64,000 nt of DNA. Source: Blasia pusilla (Eukaryota). The first letter of the stretch is position 1; each line of letters starts with the position of its first letter. The notes under the pieces are model-generated. The model searched no databases. It saw only the letters and a list, made by a program, of their open reading frames with translations, and had not been told where the DNA came from. The position numbers and the translations under genes were made by a program. The stretch lies in contig CM114271.1 in assembly GCA_050084515.1 (NCBI GenBank), forward strand, positions 42,222,001-42,286,000, written 5' to 3'. Positions 1-12,929 of the stretch are shown piece after piece.

Positions 1-560
1 TCAGCCAAACCATCCGCCTCTGGATGATCTCGAGACGTGGTCCAATGATCAATCAACGCCTTGTCACACAAGACCTGAAACTCACCCCAAACTCAGACTC
101 TGGTCGGTCAAGACTTGGTGGTGCACCAAAATGACTAAGCACTCTATCCAAAACGCATACGCCGTTCCTCACTTGCCTTGTCCGTAATGCCACCAACTCA
201 ATCCACTTGGAGAAGTGCTCCACCATCACCAACACATATCGATGATGTAAATACCAACGGTAACGGTCCCCAAAGTCCACACTCCAACGGTAACAACCCC
301 ATAATAGGCAAGGGGTGTAATTGTGGTGTAGGGGCATTAAATGATGCCCTCACCCGGTCACAAACCATACAACGTGACACCAACCATCTGCACTGAGTAT
401 GCATGCCACGCCACCAATATTGGCCAAGGAGTAAGCTATACGACGCTTTACCCCAAAATGTCCCAACTCCTCATGGGCATGTCGCACAATGCGCTCTCTC
501 TCGAGCCAAATGTGGCACTACTGTACTCTACCATCCTCCCACACGCGGAGAATATGTGTT
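1..560 (-). pseudogene. Retroviral-type integrase (HHCC zinc finger plus core), frameshifted
   Basis: HEELGHFG..YWWRGM..CMVCDR; YVLVMVEHFSKWIELVAL; LDRVLSHFGAP; SRDHPEADGLAE, spread over several frames. Confidence 0.9.
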
Positions 561-769
561 CCTCCAATCGATACCTCTTAGCACGTTGAAGAACACGGTC
601 TCGCTCCTTGGCACTCACTATGCCTGGCACCATACTTGGTCCGTAGGAACTCCAACACCAACGCATCATCATGAATATCACGCTGATCCGCACCACCATC
701 TCCAACCTTAGGATCGGAAGGTGGCCATCTACCCCTCGACTAGAGTAAGATATCATGTGGTCCTCCATA

Positions 770-2300
770 CTAGAGTCCACCTAACCAACATGAAAAGGCG
801 GATGCATGCCAACCTAGCACCATCTCCTCATCAACCTCGCCATGCCATCTAGCCCCAGTTGTATCCTCTTGGCTAGTACATGGGTTCCTACTCAACCCAT
901 CAAGATCAAGGTTGGCAACCAGGTCTATGTACCACCCGGAAGTCATACTCTGTAAGATAAGAGCCCACCGTGCAAGCTTCCCCGTAAGCTTGTCCGACTC
1001 CATCAACCACTTGAGCGGTGGTGATCAGTAACAAGGGTAAAGCGGTGCCAAACAAGTAACACTTAAAGTGTGCCACAGCCCCACACTCTTGCCAAGCACT
1101 CTCCCTCATATGAACTATAGCGCGACTCATTGCATTATTCGAACGACTTGCATAGGCCACCACAAACTCCATGTGCTCATCATCATGTTGTGTCAACACC
1201 GCCCAAGTCCCAACCTACTCCAATCAATGTGTAATCGAAATGGGCGCCCTCGATAGGTCTCCTCAAGATAGGCGCCGCCACCAATCGGGCCTTAAGCTCC
1301 ACAAAAGCTCTCTCTGATCATCTCCGCAAAGTGCCACTCTTGATCTGATTTCAACAATTGGTTCAAAGGCTTTGCCATAGCACTAAATCCCTTCACATAC
1401 CTCCGATAGTAGTTCGCCAATCCCATGAATGCTCGAACTCTACTCACATCTATCGGACGCGGAATAAGTGCAATAGCCTCCATCTTTGCTTGCTGAACTC
1501 CCAAACCACCTGGATAGATCACATGACCCAAGTACTCAACATCCTCATGGAAGAACTTACACTTTCCTGGATGCAAACGTAGACCATGAGCTTTCAACCG
1601 CTCAAACACCATCTCCAAATGTATCTGATGCTCCTCCACCGTGTTACTGAACACCAAGATATCATCAATGTAACACCGAACAAAATCCAACCCTGCTAGG
1701 ATCCTGTCCATCACTCTTTGAAACTCGGCAGGTGCATTCTTCAACCCAAAGGGTAAGAATTTCCACTGGTACAAACAATCCTTGCCATGAGAGTTGACAC
1801 CCCAAAATGCTGTCTTGGCCTTGTCACTCTCCCGAATCGGCAATTGATGGTATCATGCCCGAAGATCCAAAGTACTGAAAATCTTTGCCTATCCCACCAC
1901 ATCAAAGATCTCCTCAGGTGTAGGCATGGCATACCTATGGGCCTTGGTTTGCCAATTGATAGGACGGTAATCTCCACACATCCGCCTATCCGTGTAGTTG
2001 CCATGCATATCCTTTTTAGCAGGCATGACAGTGGTTGATGCATACTCTCCATGCGACAACTCCACTAATCCAGCCTCCAAAAGGTCCAACGTCCTACTCT
2101 GAATCAGGTCCCTCTCCATATCACTATATCGGTAGGGACGACGGAAGATTGGCGTATCACTAGCCAAATCAATCCGTATACCGGGTCCAACCAGAGAACC
2201 CATCTCCTTCATGCTAAAGGCAAAACAACTCCTATAAGCACGTAGGAACTGTGTCAAGCGTCGTTTCTCACCTCCCGTAAGCTTGGGCCCAAGTAATGGC
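770..2300 (-). pseudogene. Gypsy reverse transcriptase and RNase H, frameshifted
   Basis: ORFs 1889-2347, 1292-1843, 906-1199 and 770-1006 give PIFRRPYR, RRMCGDYRPIN, KTAF, PFGLKNAP, YIDD, KCKF..VEYLGH, RAFMGLANYYRRY, VVAYASR and KLARWAL. Confidence 0.93.
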
Positions 2301-2599
2301 TCCCAAGTCTCCTCCTTTGGCATACTAGAGGGAGAGGACGATGCCATTGGCTACTCATAACCCACTCACAAGATGATACACCCTTAGCTACACCATCATC
2401 TCGAGCAAATAACTCCTCCACCAAAGATGAGCAACCAACTCCACATGCCCACCATTACATCCCATTTACTCCAAGGATGCAAAATACTACTCTCCTCGCT
2501 TTGACCGATGCCTCTACCATCCCGGTAGCCATCGAGCTCATTACAAGGGGTGGAAGACCCCAGACATAGTCCGAAGTCGATTTGCTCGCCATACCAAGA

Positions 2600-3545
2600 C
2601 TCAAAATCCAAGTCAAACAATTCAGGTCCATGGCCCGACCCAACACATGACGTCGTGAAGCCTCGAAATAGAAGCAACCATTTGTCACGCCAAGAGTAAA
2701 TCCCATCGCACGCTCTCTCTCATCAGCGTTAGGCTCCACCAACTGTCGCACATGAGAATCCCATACAAGCCCCGGACCACCTTCCATGTAGGCATGTGAC
2801 GCGGGAAAACTCACAAATGTGGGTAGTGCCATCCTAGGTTGGCCCACATGGTTCACCACTGCCATGGGTAACCGATCAATAACCCTCACCACTTGAGAAA
2901 GTCACCCAGTATCCAAGATACTCTCCACTGTAAGGCGAGGATCCCACTGCACTGCATCATATGCTCGACGTAGAACCTCCCTAGGCAACAAGTTTGTCCA
3001 CCACAAGCGTGGACGATGTGCACGCGAGCCAACTCGCGCTGCATCCAACAACACCGCTGGTCCAATCCAAGAGCGCACCTCATGAACACTCGCCATCATC
3101 CGGGTCCGAGTGTCATCCAACAATGGAACATTCTCTAGAATGTAAGCTAGAGCACGTGCCTGATGAACCTGAAGATGTCGTAACACCCGTAACATCTCCC
3201 AAAACAATCGAGACCTAGGGTCATGTAATCCCTCACCACGACCAGCACGTGTATGACCCTGACATGGCCATCCAGCAATCACCAAATCCACAGGACCAAT
3301 TCTCTCAAGGTCCCTGCGCCTCAACAATGCAATGTGTGATGGTAAAGCACGCTAGTACCCACGAATAGCTGATGGCGGCAACAACTCAGGATATCTCCGC
3401 ATCAATCGACCAATATGTCGGGATGAGACTCTGGGCCGTCTCATCTTGCTCCACATACACGTATCTCCCACAGAATACCGGCCTGCAATATCTGACCAAA
3501 TCGGTGCTAATCCCACCAAAGAGATCTAACACACAAATGCCCTCC
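2600..3545 (-). pseudogene. DNMT3-like C5 cytosine DNA methyltransferase domain embedded in the retrotransposon polyprotein
   Basis: Motif I ICVLDLFGGIST (~3505-3540); motif II YVYVEQD; motif IV GPVDLVIAGWPCQG (PCQ at 3259-3267); motif VI YILENV (3127-3135); motif VIII SRAHRPRLWWTNL; motifs IX/X ERERAMGF...SRRHVLGRAMDL. Order and wording parallel the DNMT3 catalytic domain. Confidence 0.9.
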
Positions 3546-3899
3546 GCGGATCGCCATACAATGGGTGTAGTATCCAAAGGGGATAACCCAAATGGGCAGA
3601 AGTAGGAGTCCGCCGTGGATCCTCCTCTTCCTCGTGAGGTATAATGACCTCACACCAAGCCTCTGCACTAGGTGATCGCCTCTGCCGTAGTGCACCGCTG
3701 AACTCCAAAGTGGCACATCCAACGATGAGGATGCCTTTGCTGCAAAAATAGGGACCTCCTCTTCCTCCTCATGCAGGAGAATCCATAGCGAAACATTACC
3801 CTCCAAAAGTCTCTTGGCCAAGTGACTACTCCATCTGAAACCAACCACAGATGCTAACACTTTGTTGGGAAGACCCTCTGGTCGAGCCCCGAAATAAAT

Positions 3900-5060
3900 C
3901 TCACAGAACTTGGCTCATACGTCCATCCCGGACCGCCAACGTGGTCTATAAGACGCTGTCTCGACCCAATAATCCATCTGAAAACCCATCGGGTAACATC
4001 GCTCCTCCAACTAGTACATCATACGACTCGGTGATGTGACTACCGCAGATACTCCCAACCGGGAGCTATCATCGCATGATCTGGTCTCAACTGTACAGAA
4101 AACTTCTCCCGTGTCATGAATTGAGACCTATCATTGGCTCCTCCAAGTGATGTTTGAATCTGGAATGGGCAAGGCTCAAGCTCTGACCTCCAAATACCCA
4201 AACCAATACATGCCTCCTTTCCCAACATCAAAGGTTGGGCACCAGAGTCTAACAAGACTCTATTTGGTCTATACACCTGTCTTGTAGGACTCACCAATCG
4301 GAAGATCCCACTCCGGTTGTCCAACATACATACACCAGGTGTAAGCCTCTCACGATCAATGGTGGCCGGGTGGTAATGCATCCATCTTCGCCGCCGCCAT
4401 TTCCGCCAAGTAGCACTGGTACTCAATGCTACTCCTGACATAGAGGGTCGCTCCACCGCAACACCCTCATCCACCTCAACACGTGTAGCAGTAACACCCC
4501 CACGTTCACACAACGTAGCTGCTAACTGAAATACAAGAGCTAAGTCAACTCCTAAAGCCATCAGCTCCGTGGCCGAAAAAAACGGGATCCCAACACCGAA
4601 GTTGCCATCCGCACATCTTGCATTGATCTTTGCATCCGTGTCTACTACACGCGATGTAGATGCCTCAGTCCCCACTGTCGACTGAATAGGCTTCGTGGGA
4701 ACCATGGATGGAGTCCTAAGCACCTCAGACAACAAGAATGACTGGGGAAGCCTAGCTTGCCTTCCAGACTCACCCCTCTATGGGTCCAACTCCACAGTAG
4801 CACCACGTGGCTCGACGCTTTCGAGTGGCTCCTCTCGAATCGCGGTGATGCCTCAACTTTGCCGCACTCGCCATATAAGAGAGATCATCCCCTCCATAAG
4901 AGGTGGAAGCCCCTGCTCCCGAACCTGATCTATGCTGGATACCAGCCATAGTAGCCAACTTCTGCTCCAACTGCTCAATCCTGGCAGCCATAGCTGAAGG
5001 AGGACGTGTAAAACCAGATAAGCGAGTAGATGGAGAATCCAACTCCATCTCTGATGACAT
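3900..5060 (-). pseudogene. Gag-like region and retropepsin aspartic protease of the DNMT-carrying element
   Basis: ORF 4040-4735 contains RVLLDSGAQPLMLG; YDVLVG follows after a frameshift. Coiled-coil-like ARIEQLEQKLATMA lies upstream. Confidence 0.7.
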
Positions 5061-5949
5061 AGAAGTAAAGGTAGGCAAGTCTCCGAAGATAAGAAAAGAC
5101 ATACGGAACGTGGTTTGGAGAAAGCATGAGGATAATGAGCAAAGCAAAAGTAGTGGAGAGATGAAGATTAGGCAATACCGAATTTATGATTGAAAGTTAC
5201 TATAAGAAAAATATAAAAAGTAATTGAAAAAGAAAAGTGATGGATATGGTATCGGAAGAGGTGGCTCAAGAATATGAATTTCTAATGTTCTAAACGTATG
5301 TAGGGGCGAAACAATAAGGTAAGGAGTTGAAAGAGCAAGGAAGACTTTTGGGAGGAATTGACCTCAAACAAACCCGTACACAAAAATAGGCGCCTACAGA
5401 GAAGGAATAAAAAGTAGAAAACCTACTTGATATCAAAAGAACGAGCTCGTCAAGACGATCAAAACAAGCCCATACACGCCCAAAACCGACATTCGAGAAG
5501 AAAGTTATGAAAGAAATTGGAAACACCAAAAAAGAGGATGTGGGGGAGGAAGTGAGGCACCCACCAATGACCGCTATGAGGGAATGAGTTCGTAATGTTG
5601 GGCCCAGCCCGTATCAAAAGATCCAAAAAAGCAAGAGGAATCCGTTAAACCGATGGTAAGATGATATCACTCTATAAGGAGAGCGCTATGTTTGAAATTG
5701 CATATAAGAATCTATGAGCACATTTAGGAGAGAAGGAGGTCCAAAGATCCCAAGAACTTTGGAAATCTCAATCTTAAGTGGAAAAAAGAAGAATCCAAAG
5801 TTCAAGCTTGAGAAGATGAACACATTGGGCCTTAAATTGAAAAGATTGGATCACCATGGAAATAGTTACAAACAAAATTCTAAACCTCCGCCATAGTCCT
5901 CCTCCTCCACAAGCCCCAAAATCATAGTTAATCTATCAATAGCAATCCA

Positions 5950-6900
5950 TCTCAAATGGATCATTGTATCCCTCTAATACATTTTTTTTTGTTGAGATGC
6001 AGTGATGAGTCATCTTTTGGGCCACTATCAACCTGACGTCTTTTATCCGTTGATTTAAGTCTAAAGTTGGCAATGGATAGAGGTGCCCAAAGAACCTTCT
6101 CTAGTCTAGCTTCATCCAAGGCATCTAGAATCCAGATCGATCAACTAAGTCAATGGTATGTCACCTCCTGTTTTCAGTTGCTCGCTCGCTCAATTAATGC
6201 ATAGAGAAACCAAATTTTTTTTAGCAGTCTCTATTTCCAAGATTCCACCCCATGTTCGGGCTCGTATCTTTACCTATTCCTATCTTTCTCTAAGCTTTTC
6301 ATACATTAACTTCAAGGTTTTTAGAGTTCACACTTCTAACCAGTATCTTTTCATGTTTTGATTTCTCTTTCAAATTCATTTAAATTCTTTTGTAAGATAT
6401 GGAGTTTACATGGAGAGTAGGATGCCACAGTTGGAAACGTAAGAGGCAAAGGCAAGGAGTAGTGGGGAAAGAGGCAAGATTTTGCAATGAAGAGGTGATT
6501 GTTTGAGAGAGTGGATATCCCATGTTTTGATGTTTCCTATTTTTGTGTATGAAGTTGGACATTTCTCTCCTGCAGTCCTACCGAATTTTTTGTTGTAATG
6601 AAACAAGTCCAGTTTATAGGTCATTCATAATTTTCGTCTATGTAATATTTTGGCCTCTGAAAGTTAAAGTACGGTTAACTTAGATGGAATTCATTGACCG
6701 TGTAGATTTGGTAGTGCTACCAATTACTAGGACATTATAAAATCCCCTCCTAACTTAAGTCCCCTTAACGCATTGGTCTCCATTGCTCCAATTCCTAAGC
6801 GGATCATGTAGAGTCCCGTGGCTTGCATCAAATGATTATAATCCAAGCATGCATAAAACTCTCTTGGCAATGAGTCGGCATAGGACATAGTTCTTCATTC
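5950..6900 (-). mobile_element. Possible heavily decayed LINE endonuclease-region remnant
   Basis: Minus-strand fragments LGGDF, ITW-like and KLDLFHY occur in the order of the APE-endonuclease GDFN/FTW/RLDRF motifs. Very degenerate. Confidence 0.3.
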
Positions 6901-7117
6901 CCTACGAATGAAGAAATGGTTAGTTTCCTTCATCACAAATTTTCTTTTAGAGCATTACTTAATCCATCATTTTATGAAAAAAATTTGAGGGATAGTCTCT
7001 ATATTACAATAGACAACCATATATGTTCAATAGGAAAAATTAATAAGATAATAAGAAAAATAGCGTCAATTTTTTCAAATTTTTTTTCATTCTCATTTGA
7101 TATTTTGGGAATGGACG

Positions 7118-7812
7118 AAGGAGATGATTTCATTAATTAAAATTATTTATCAGTTTAATTAATAGGTATTATTTTGTGGGAGGAGTAGGTATAATTTGAA
7201 GTTTTATAGAAGGGTGGAATTATTTACGGGAATGAGATATTATTTAAATTTTAATTGAGGAGTGGAGTTACTTAGAAGAGTGGAATTTTATTAATACTTT
7301 AAGATTCAAGAAAGCGGAAAATCTAGTAGTGAAGATTACGGTCAACTGCACGATCAAAAGATAGTGTGTGCTATGAATTTTGATGGGTTTCTTAGATCTT
7401 CCGTTCAAGAATTGGGTCGCATACATGTCTTGGACGCAAAATGAGTAGAGGAAAGTGGCTTCCATGTGGCAATTGTAGACATATGGTTTTGGAGTATCCT
7501 TAATGGAAAAGAAGAAACTAGTTAGCATGCTTAAGCACCAAAAATGATTTTTTGAGATATTTATATTTTTTATTTTAAAATTTAAATATGGTTTTCACGT
7601 TGAATTCTTTAATCTTTAAGAAGCAAAAAAAATCCATTCTTCTAAATAACTCTACTCTTCAATTAAAATTTAAATGATATCCCACTCCTCTAAATAATCC
7701 CATCTTTCTATAACAGTTTAAACAATACCTATTCCTTCCCTTCCACTCCTCCCACGAAATAACACCTATTAATGAAATCATTACTTTTTCTAAATTAATG
7801 AAATCACTTCCC
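7118..7812. mobile_element. AT-rich foldback/MITE-like element with ~200-bp imperfect inverted arms
   Basis: 7118-~7320 matches the reverse complement of ~7595-7812, e.g. ttaataggtattattttgtgggaggagt vs actcctcccacgaaataacacctattaa, and tttaattgaggagtggagttacttagaaga vs tcttctaaataactctactcttcaattaaa. Confidence 0.7.
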
Positions 7813-9391
7813 TCTTACATTCAAATTCATTTTCCCTTCCCAAAATTGCAAGTTTATCACTATTTTGTCTTATTATGCACATAAGCTTGCCAATTATAAT
7901 AGAGGTTGGTTTTCTTTCTTGTTATTTCCTCTTGGATGAGCTCTTTGTGGCAAATTCCTTTACACATTACGAGCCTCTATCTCTAACTTTGTTCTGGCCT
8001 CATGAGTTCTTTTCAAACTCTGTCTCTCTTGCCACATCGAAATTTATTTGATCTCACTCGACTTTGGTCATGACTACATGCAGAGACTAATCCCACCCAA
8101 CAATATTTGGAAAATTGGAAGAATTTTACATTTAAATTCAATAATAGGATAAATCAACTGGTGAAATGAATGCACATTAAACCAATTTTTTTTTCATAAA
8201 TGCTCCAATAATAATCTTGGAACACTCACTATGAACAAGAAAGATGAATATACTAACTTAGATAACCGAGATATCTTCAATTATACATATGAGAGTAACC
8301 CACTGGCAAAATACTTATCAAGTTCACCTATCTATAGAGAAAAAAATCCTTCCACAAAAGAATATAGCGAGAAAGACATGAAGGGAGGAATGAGATTGTG
8401 AGGATACATAGAAAATGAGCAAGTTTATAATGGGGAGGATGGAAGGAAGAGAATAAACCCTTCTTTCTTTTTCCTCATCTAGCCCCACTTACTATTTGTT
8501 CCCAAACTATTTCCACTAATCACCATTTACCAAATCTTATTTTATTCTCCTAATACCAATCCCTTTTCAACTATCCTAACTTCTTTACCCACTTTAATTT
8601 ACAACTAACCTATTTTCTAATACAACCATGGTGACCTATTCAATTATATTTTAACATTCTCCCTTCCTCTCTCTATCTATACTATCCCCACTTCGTTAAC
8701 CACTTTCATTTGCAACTAACCTATCCTCTAATACAACCACCCCATGCAATTATATTTTAATAATATTCTTTCTTTTCCGCCCCTTGAAGTGCCTTCAATA
8801 ACAATTAGAATCCTCTCCTACTTGCAGACGACCCCCTTACACGAACTGCTCACGAGGCACGTGCTTAAGCTTGCACCGAACCTTGTGGAGCCTGCTTCTA
8901 GCCACACCCTTTGACATTGTCTTGAGCCTCATTCCACACTGCTCGCATGCTTCAAAGCTAGGTCTACAAGCAACCATCATGGTCCGCTCCTAATCTCACA
9001 CATTACCCTCTTGGCTTGTGAGAGGTCCACACTTGGCCCGCCCGCCGGCCGGCCCACCATCCCGCTGGCCCATCAATATGCCAACCCATAATTGGCCTAC
9101 CCGCCAGCCCGTCCCTGATCCACCAAACCGTCTGTCAGCCCGCGTAAGACCCGTATCAAGCCCGTTGGTCGTTAGCGTCACGCTTGTGGCTCATCTTCAA
9201 CCCGCATCCTTCAATCTAGCCTACACTTGTTCCCATAGCTAAAGGCTCCACAGATGACCTATGCACTGAAAAAACCCAAGCTAGCAACCGTTTTGGCATG
9301 TCTGTGTCCGTTTTGGTATAAAATTGATTTTCATGTCGTGTCGCTCGTGGCTACACTACACCGCCTTGAGCGTTGAGCTGCACGAGCATTG

Positions 9392-10016
9392 TGTTACGTC
9401 TTTTAGGATAGATCGGTGAGATGTAGTAGGCGCCTTCGTGAGTAGTGGAGGATGGGATCAGTAGGTCGAGGATGACCTACTGAGGCCCCGGGAAACCTGA
9501 GGGAGCAGGTTTCTCCTTCGTTTCCGCTCATTGGGAGCCATATTGAGGAACTTGCTATTTTAGTTAAGTATCATTTTGAGTATATGGTCAACTTTCTATT
9601 TTTGGTAAGTAGCCCTTGACCTCTTACATCAGGTCAAGAGCCAAGGAGGTGACTTGGGAGAGCTTGGGAGAGGGGAGGGGTATACCTCAAGGAGAGAGAG
9701 CTTCAGAGCTGATTCTCTCTTTGTTGAACCTCTTGGCATGAGGCGGTGGAGCTATGGTCTTGCTTGCCTTGTGTGTGTAACCCAAGCCTCTCATTAGGAG
9801 AGTGGGTTTGGTTTGACATTGAGAGAGACGTGTGAGAGTGCACACATGTGAGAACTATGGTGTTGTGAGAGAGATTGGATCTTATTTTATTGGAGATATT
9901 TTGGTACTTCTTGTCTCATTGTTTGGATGCCATGAGTTAGCATGGGATCGTGCGTGTTTGTGTGTGTGTTCGGTGGCAGCGATGTATGTTGTGAAGCGAT
10001 GTGTATGCGCATGAAA
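9392..10016. mobile_element. Solo LTR with 4-bp target-site duplication ATTG
   Basis: Begins TGTTACG and ends GCATGAAA (the relative at 13001-13169 ends GCATGACA). Flanked by ATTG at 9388-9391 and 10017-10020. An internal part recurs inverted at ~19240-19506. Confidence 0.8.
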
Positions 10017-10629
10017 ATTGAGACGCAAAATGTTAGTTTATGATATAGGAGGGAATGTTATTGCTTGTCATATCATATCATTCAGTACTGTACCATTTTT
10101 TTCCGTTTCATGGCACCCTTGCTACACCATACGGCCTAAAAACTTAAGATGTCTTCAAGAAACTTAGCACAATCAACAAATATACTCCATAGTAGGTATC
10201 CTTGACTGTGGAAATGCCACTCATATTCCTGCTTATAACTCTGAACTTCCTGTCCTCTCAAACTCCTTATATAGCTTGAATAGAATGTATTTCTCTGAGC
10301 TACAAAATGATGTCTCCTAGCAAAGGTGGATGCCATAAACATATAGACCGATATTGAAGTTCTAGTTCAAGAAAAAAATTCAGCTAGTCTCCAATGGGTA
10401 ATTACTTGATGGGGGAATTTGAAGGGATTGTGTTCAATAGGCGCATTTCAGTGCATGATTGCATTGTTAAGGCCCTTTGGTAGGTAAATGCAAGATGACC
10501 ATCGTTTTCCAAGAGTGTAAACTCCAAAAGTGCTTACATTCTCTTAACAGACGGAATCAGGGTTGAGAAAGTCAATAGAAAAATTGCAATTGGGGCCATT
10601 GATTCCAGGACTCAAACTTTTGCTATCGA

Positions 10630-11790
10630 TAGCCCGCATTTTTACACTGAGGGAGATGCATAAGGCAACGGGAAACTTCAGTCAAGACAACCTTATTGGT
10701 TGAAGAAGGCAGATTTGGACAAGTTTTTTGCATGATTCTCAGTAATGGAAAAGTAAACTACTCAACTTATCCACAATTCTGCAAGGATGTGCAGACTTGC
10801 AATAGGGCTGTCTATTTGCCTAAATTCACATTGACATGTTTGAAATGGATGATTTAGGTAAGAGGCGGTTTGTTTTTTTCCTAAATTTTTTGGAGTAGGT
10901 AATGGTAATGATCAAAGCAGATGGATCTTGGGGCATCCGAAGGCAAGGAGCTCAAGGTGATTGCAAGTTCAGAGTAGAAGTGGACATTTTAAGCCACCTC
11001 AACCACACTTATCTTGTCCGCCTGATTGATTATTGTGTTGATCGCTCCCATGGCCTTCTAGTGTACAAAAACATGGTCAATCAAAATGTTCAAGAGCTTC
11101 TACATGGTATTCAGTTAGCGATTTCTGATTGTAATTCTGGTAGAAAGAAACATTGTGGCCACTTGAGAAAATGACCCGAGTACACCTAGACATGTGTCAA
11201 GTTAGATTTCTATCAATAAATTGTGCTAATGTTAGCAAATCATTCCCAAGTTTGATATGGTCTGTTTTCCTCACTCATGTTGACATTAATACTAGATTTA
11301 TCTGAAGAATGCCTCTACATTCACCAGCATGTTTCCTTCAGCAATTTTTTTACTGTTTTGATCTCTGATGTGTGCATAAAGGAATTGTGAGAGTGGAATA
11401 GGAGTGGCACATGCAGTTGAGAAATGCCCCATGAGCGGCCAAGGCTTTGGATTATTTTCACTTAGGACAAGCAACAAGAAACCCTATTATTCATCAGGGC
11501 TTCAAGTCCAGTAACATCCTACTAGATGACAATTTTCATTCCAAGGCAACTTCATACCTACATTTAAATCACTTGGCTCTTCTTTCGCTCTTGATTGTCT
11601 TGCATACAAGAGTTATGCAGATCTGGATTGCAAATACATTTTTTTGGTGTAGGATTTTCTTCTCTTCATACGTTTCCAGATCCAAACTATTGCGAATTTG
11701 AAGTCATCCCTTCAAATTTTAGCACCATACCAGTGATGATTGATGGAAAATTTTCCCAGGTTTTAGACTTTGGTCTTACCAAGCATCTCT
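10630..11790 (+). pseudogene. Receptor-like cytoplasmic kinase pseudogene (PBL-type), multi-exon
   Basis: FTLREMHKATGNFSQDNLIG*; QGDCKFRVEVDILSHLNHTYLVRLIDYC..LLVYKNM; PIIHQGFKSSNILLDDNFHSK; VLDFGLTK. The catalytic HRD is degraded to HQG, with stops and frameshifts. Confidence 0.85.
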
Positions 11791-12929
11791 TGACTAGCAT
11801 CCAAGAATGATACGGAGCCAATATGATAGGCTCAAATTGAAAGATCAGCTTGACGTCATATTCTCTCACAACAAGCATCACCTAGTCTTTATTTGCAGCC
11901 TTGTGACTTACATAAATCCAATCCCCTCCTTTCTTGCTCTTCCTCTCATCATCTCTCTCTGTATCATGATCAATTGCAACAGAACTTGACTATATAGTGG
12001 GTTGGTCCAAAGATAGAGAAATGCGAGCGGAATAGGAGCTGATGGTATAGAACAGCGGATGAAAAATGCTTGCACCCTGCACAGAAAATTTTGTACTAAA
12101 AAATTAGGGCCTATTGTACCCTTGGAGCCATAGTCCCTATATGTGCTAATATGATTTCCTAGCGGAAGGGAAGGGAATCATGCTATTATATCAAGAATTC
12201 TACAACGATCCCAAGAATTCTAGCTCACTACAAGTAAGTAGAGTTTTAAGTCCACGTCTAGTTCGGCTCACTACATTCCGCCTTGTCAATCTCTTAGCAT
12301 CCACGAATCACACACATAATTTATCCTCTCAAGATTTCCACATGCTTGTCCATATATAGATTGAGAATTCAGGTTTAAATTCAGACACATTTGTTTGAGT
12401 CATCTTTCAAATGCACTCTTTTAGGTCTCAAAGATGTCAAGAAAACACCATAAGAAAGTGATGCAAATGTAGTATTTTAGGTATCCACCTAGATCCATCA
12501 TTTTCATATGGTCTTATAGGTCTTTGAACCTACATATTCAAGAACACAATGTTTTGTTTGTATTTCTATCCCTTGCATCCCTTGCAATTGTGGCTAATTT
12601 TTTATTGTATTGTATGAGACTCATCTTTGGCAAGGCTCCCTCTTCATGATCAAATTTCAAGAGTTTCCTTTCTTTTAATGCATGATTAGTTTCTTGCATA
12701 GGTTATCTTTCTAGCAATATATTCCTATTAGATCTCAATCTCTACACTGAAAAATATTAAAGCCTTTATCCATGCACTAGATGATAATTTATGAGTTGGC
12801 ATGTTTCCCCTTGATGTCACTGCTTCATAATGGGCATTTTTTCAAAACATAATGTTTTTTATGTGTGTAACACCTATAAAAAGGCATTGACAATCTCATT
12901 AAAACCCCCAAAATTGAATCCTATATTCC

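Larger units (their letters stand above)
1..5060 (-). mobile_element. Ty3/gypsy LTR retrotransposon internal region (gag-like - protease - C5 DNA methyltransferase - RT - RNase H - integrase), decayed; runs off the window start
   Basis: Minus-strand motifs in gypsy order: LLDSGAQP (PR, 4241-4249); MTase motifs at 2600-3545; RT (RMCGDYRPIN, LPFGLKNAPAEFQR, YIDDILV); RNase H (VVAYASR, KLARWALILQ); integrase (HEELGH...CMVC, VEHFSKW, TTSRDHPEADGLAE at 1-41). Many frameshifts and stops. No LTR identified. Confidence 0.93.

Noticed and set aside
2600-3545. Host DNMT3 gene or bacterial restriction-modification methylase contamination
   Set aside because: No introns or host regulatory domains are evident, there is no restriction partner, and it is collinear with retroelement PR and RT with the same style of decay.
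12226-12785. Left CACTA terminus (CACTACAAG at 12226 or CACTAGATG at 12775)
   Set aside because: Neither gives a good TIR match together with a matching 3-bp TSD for the end at 13824.
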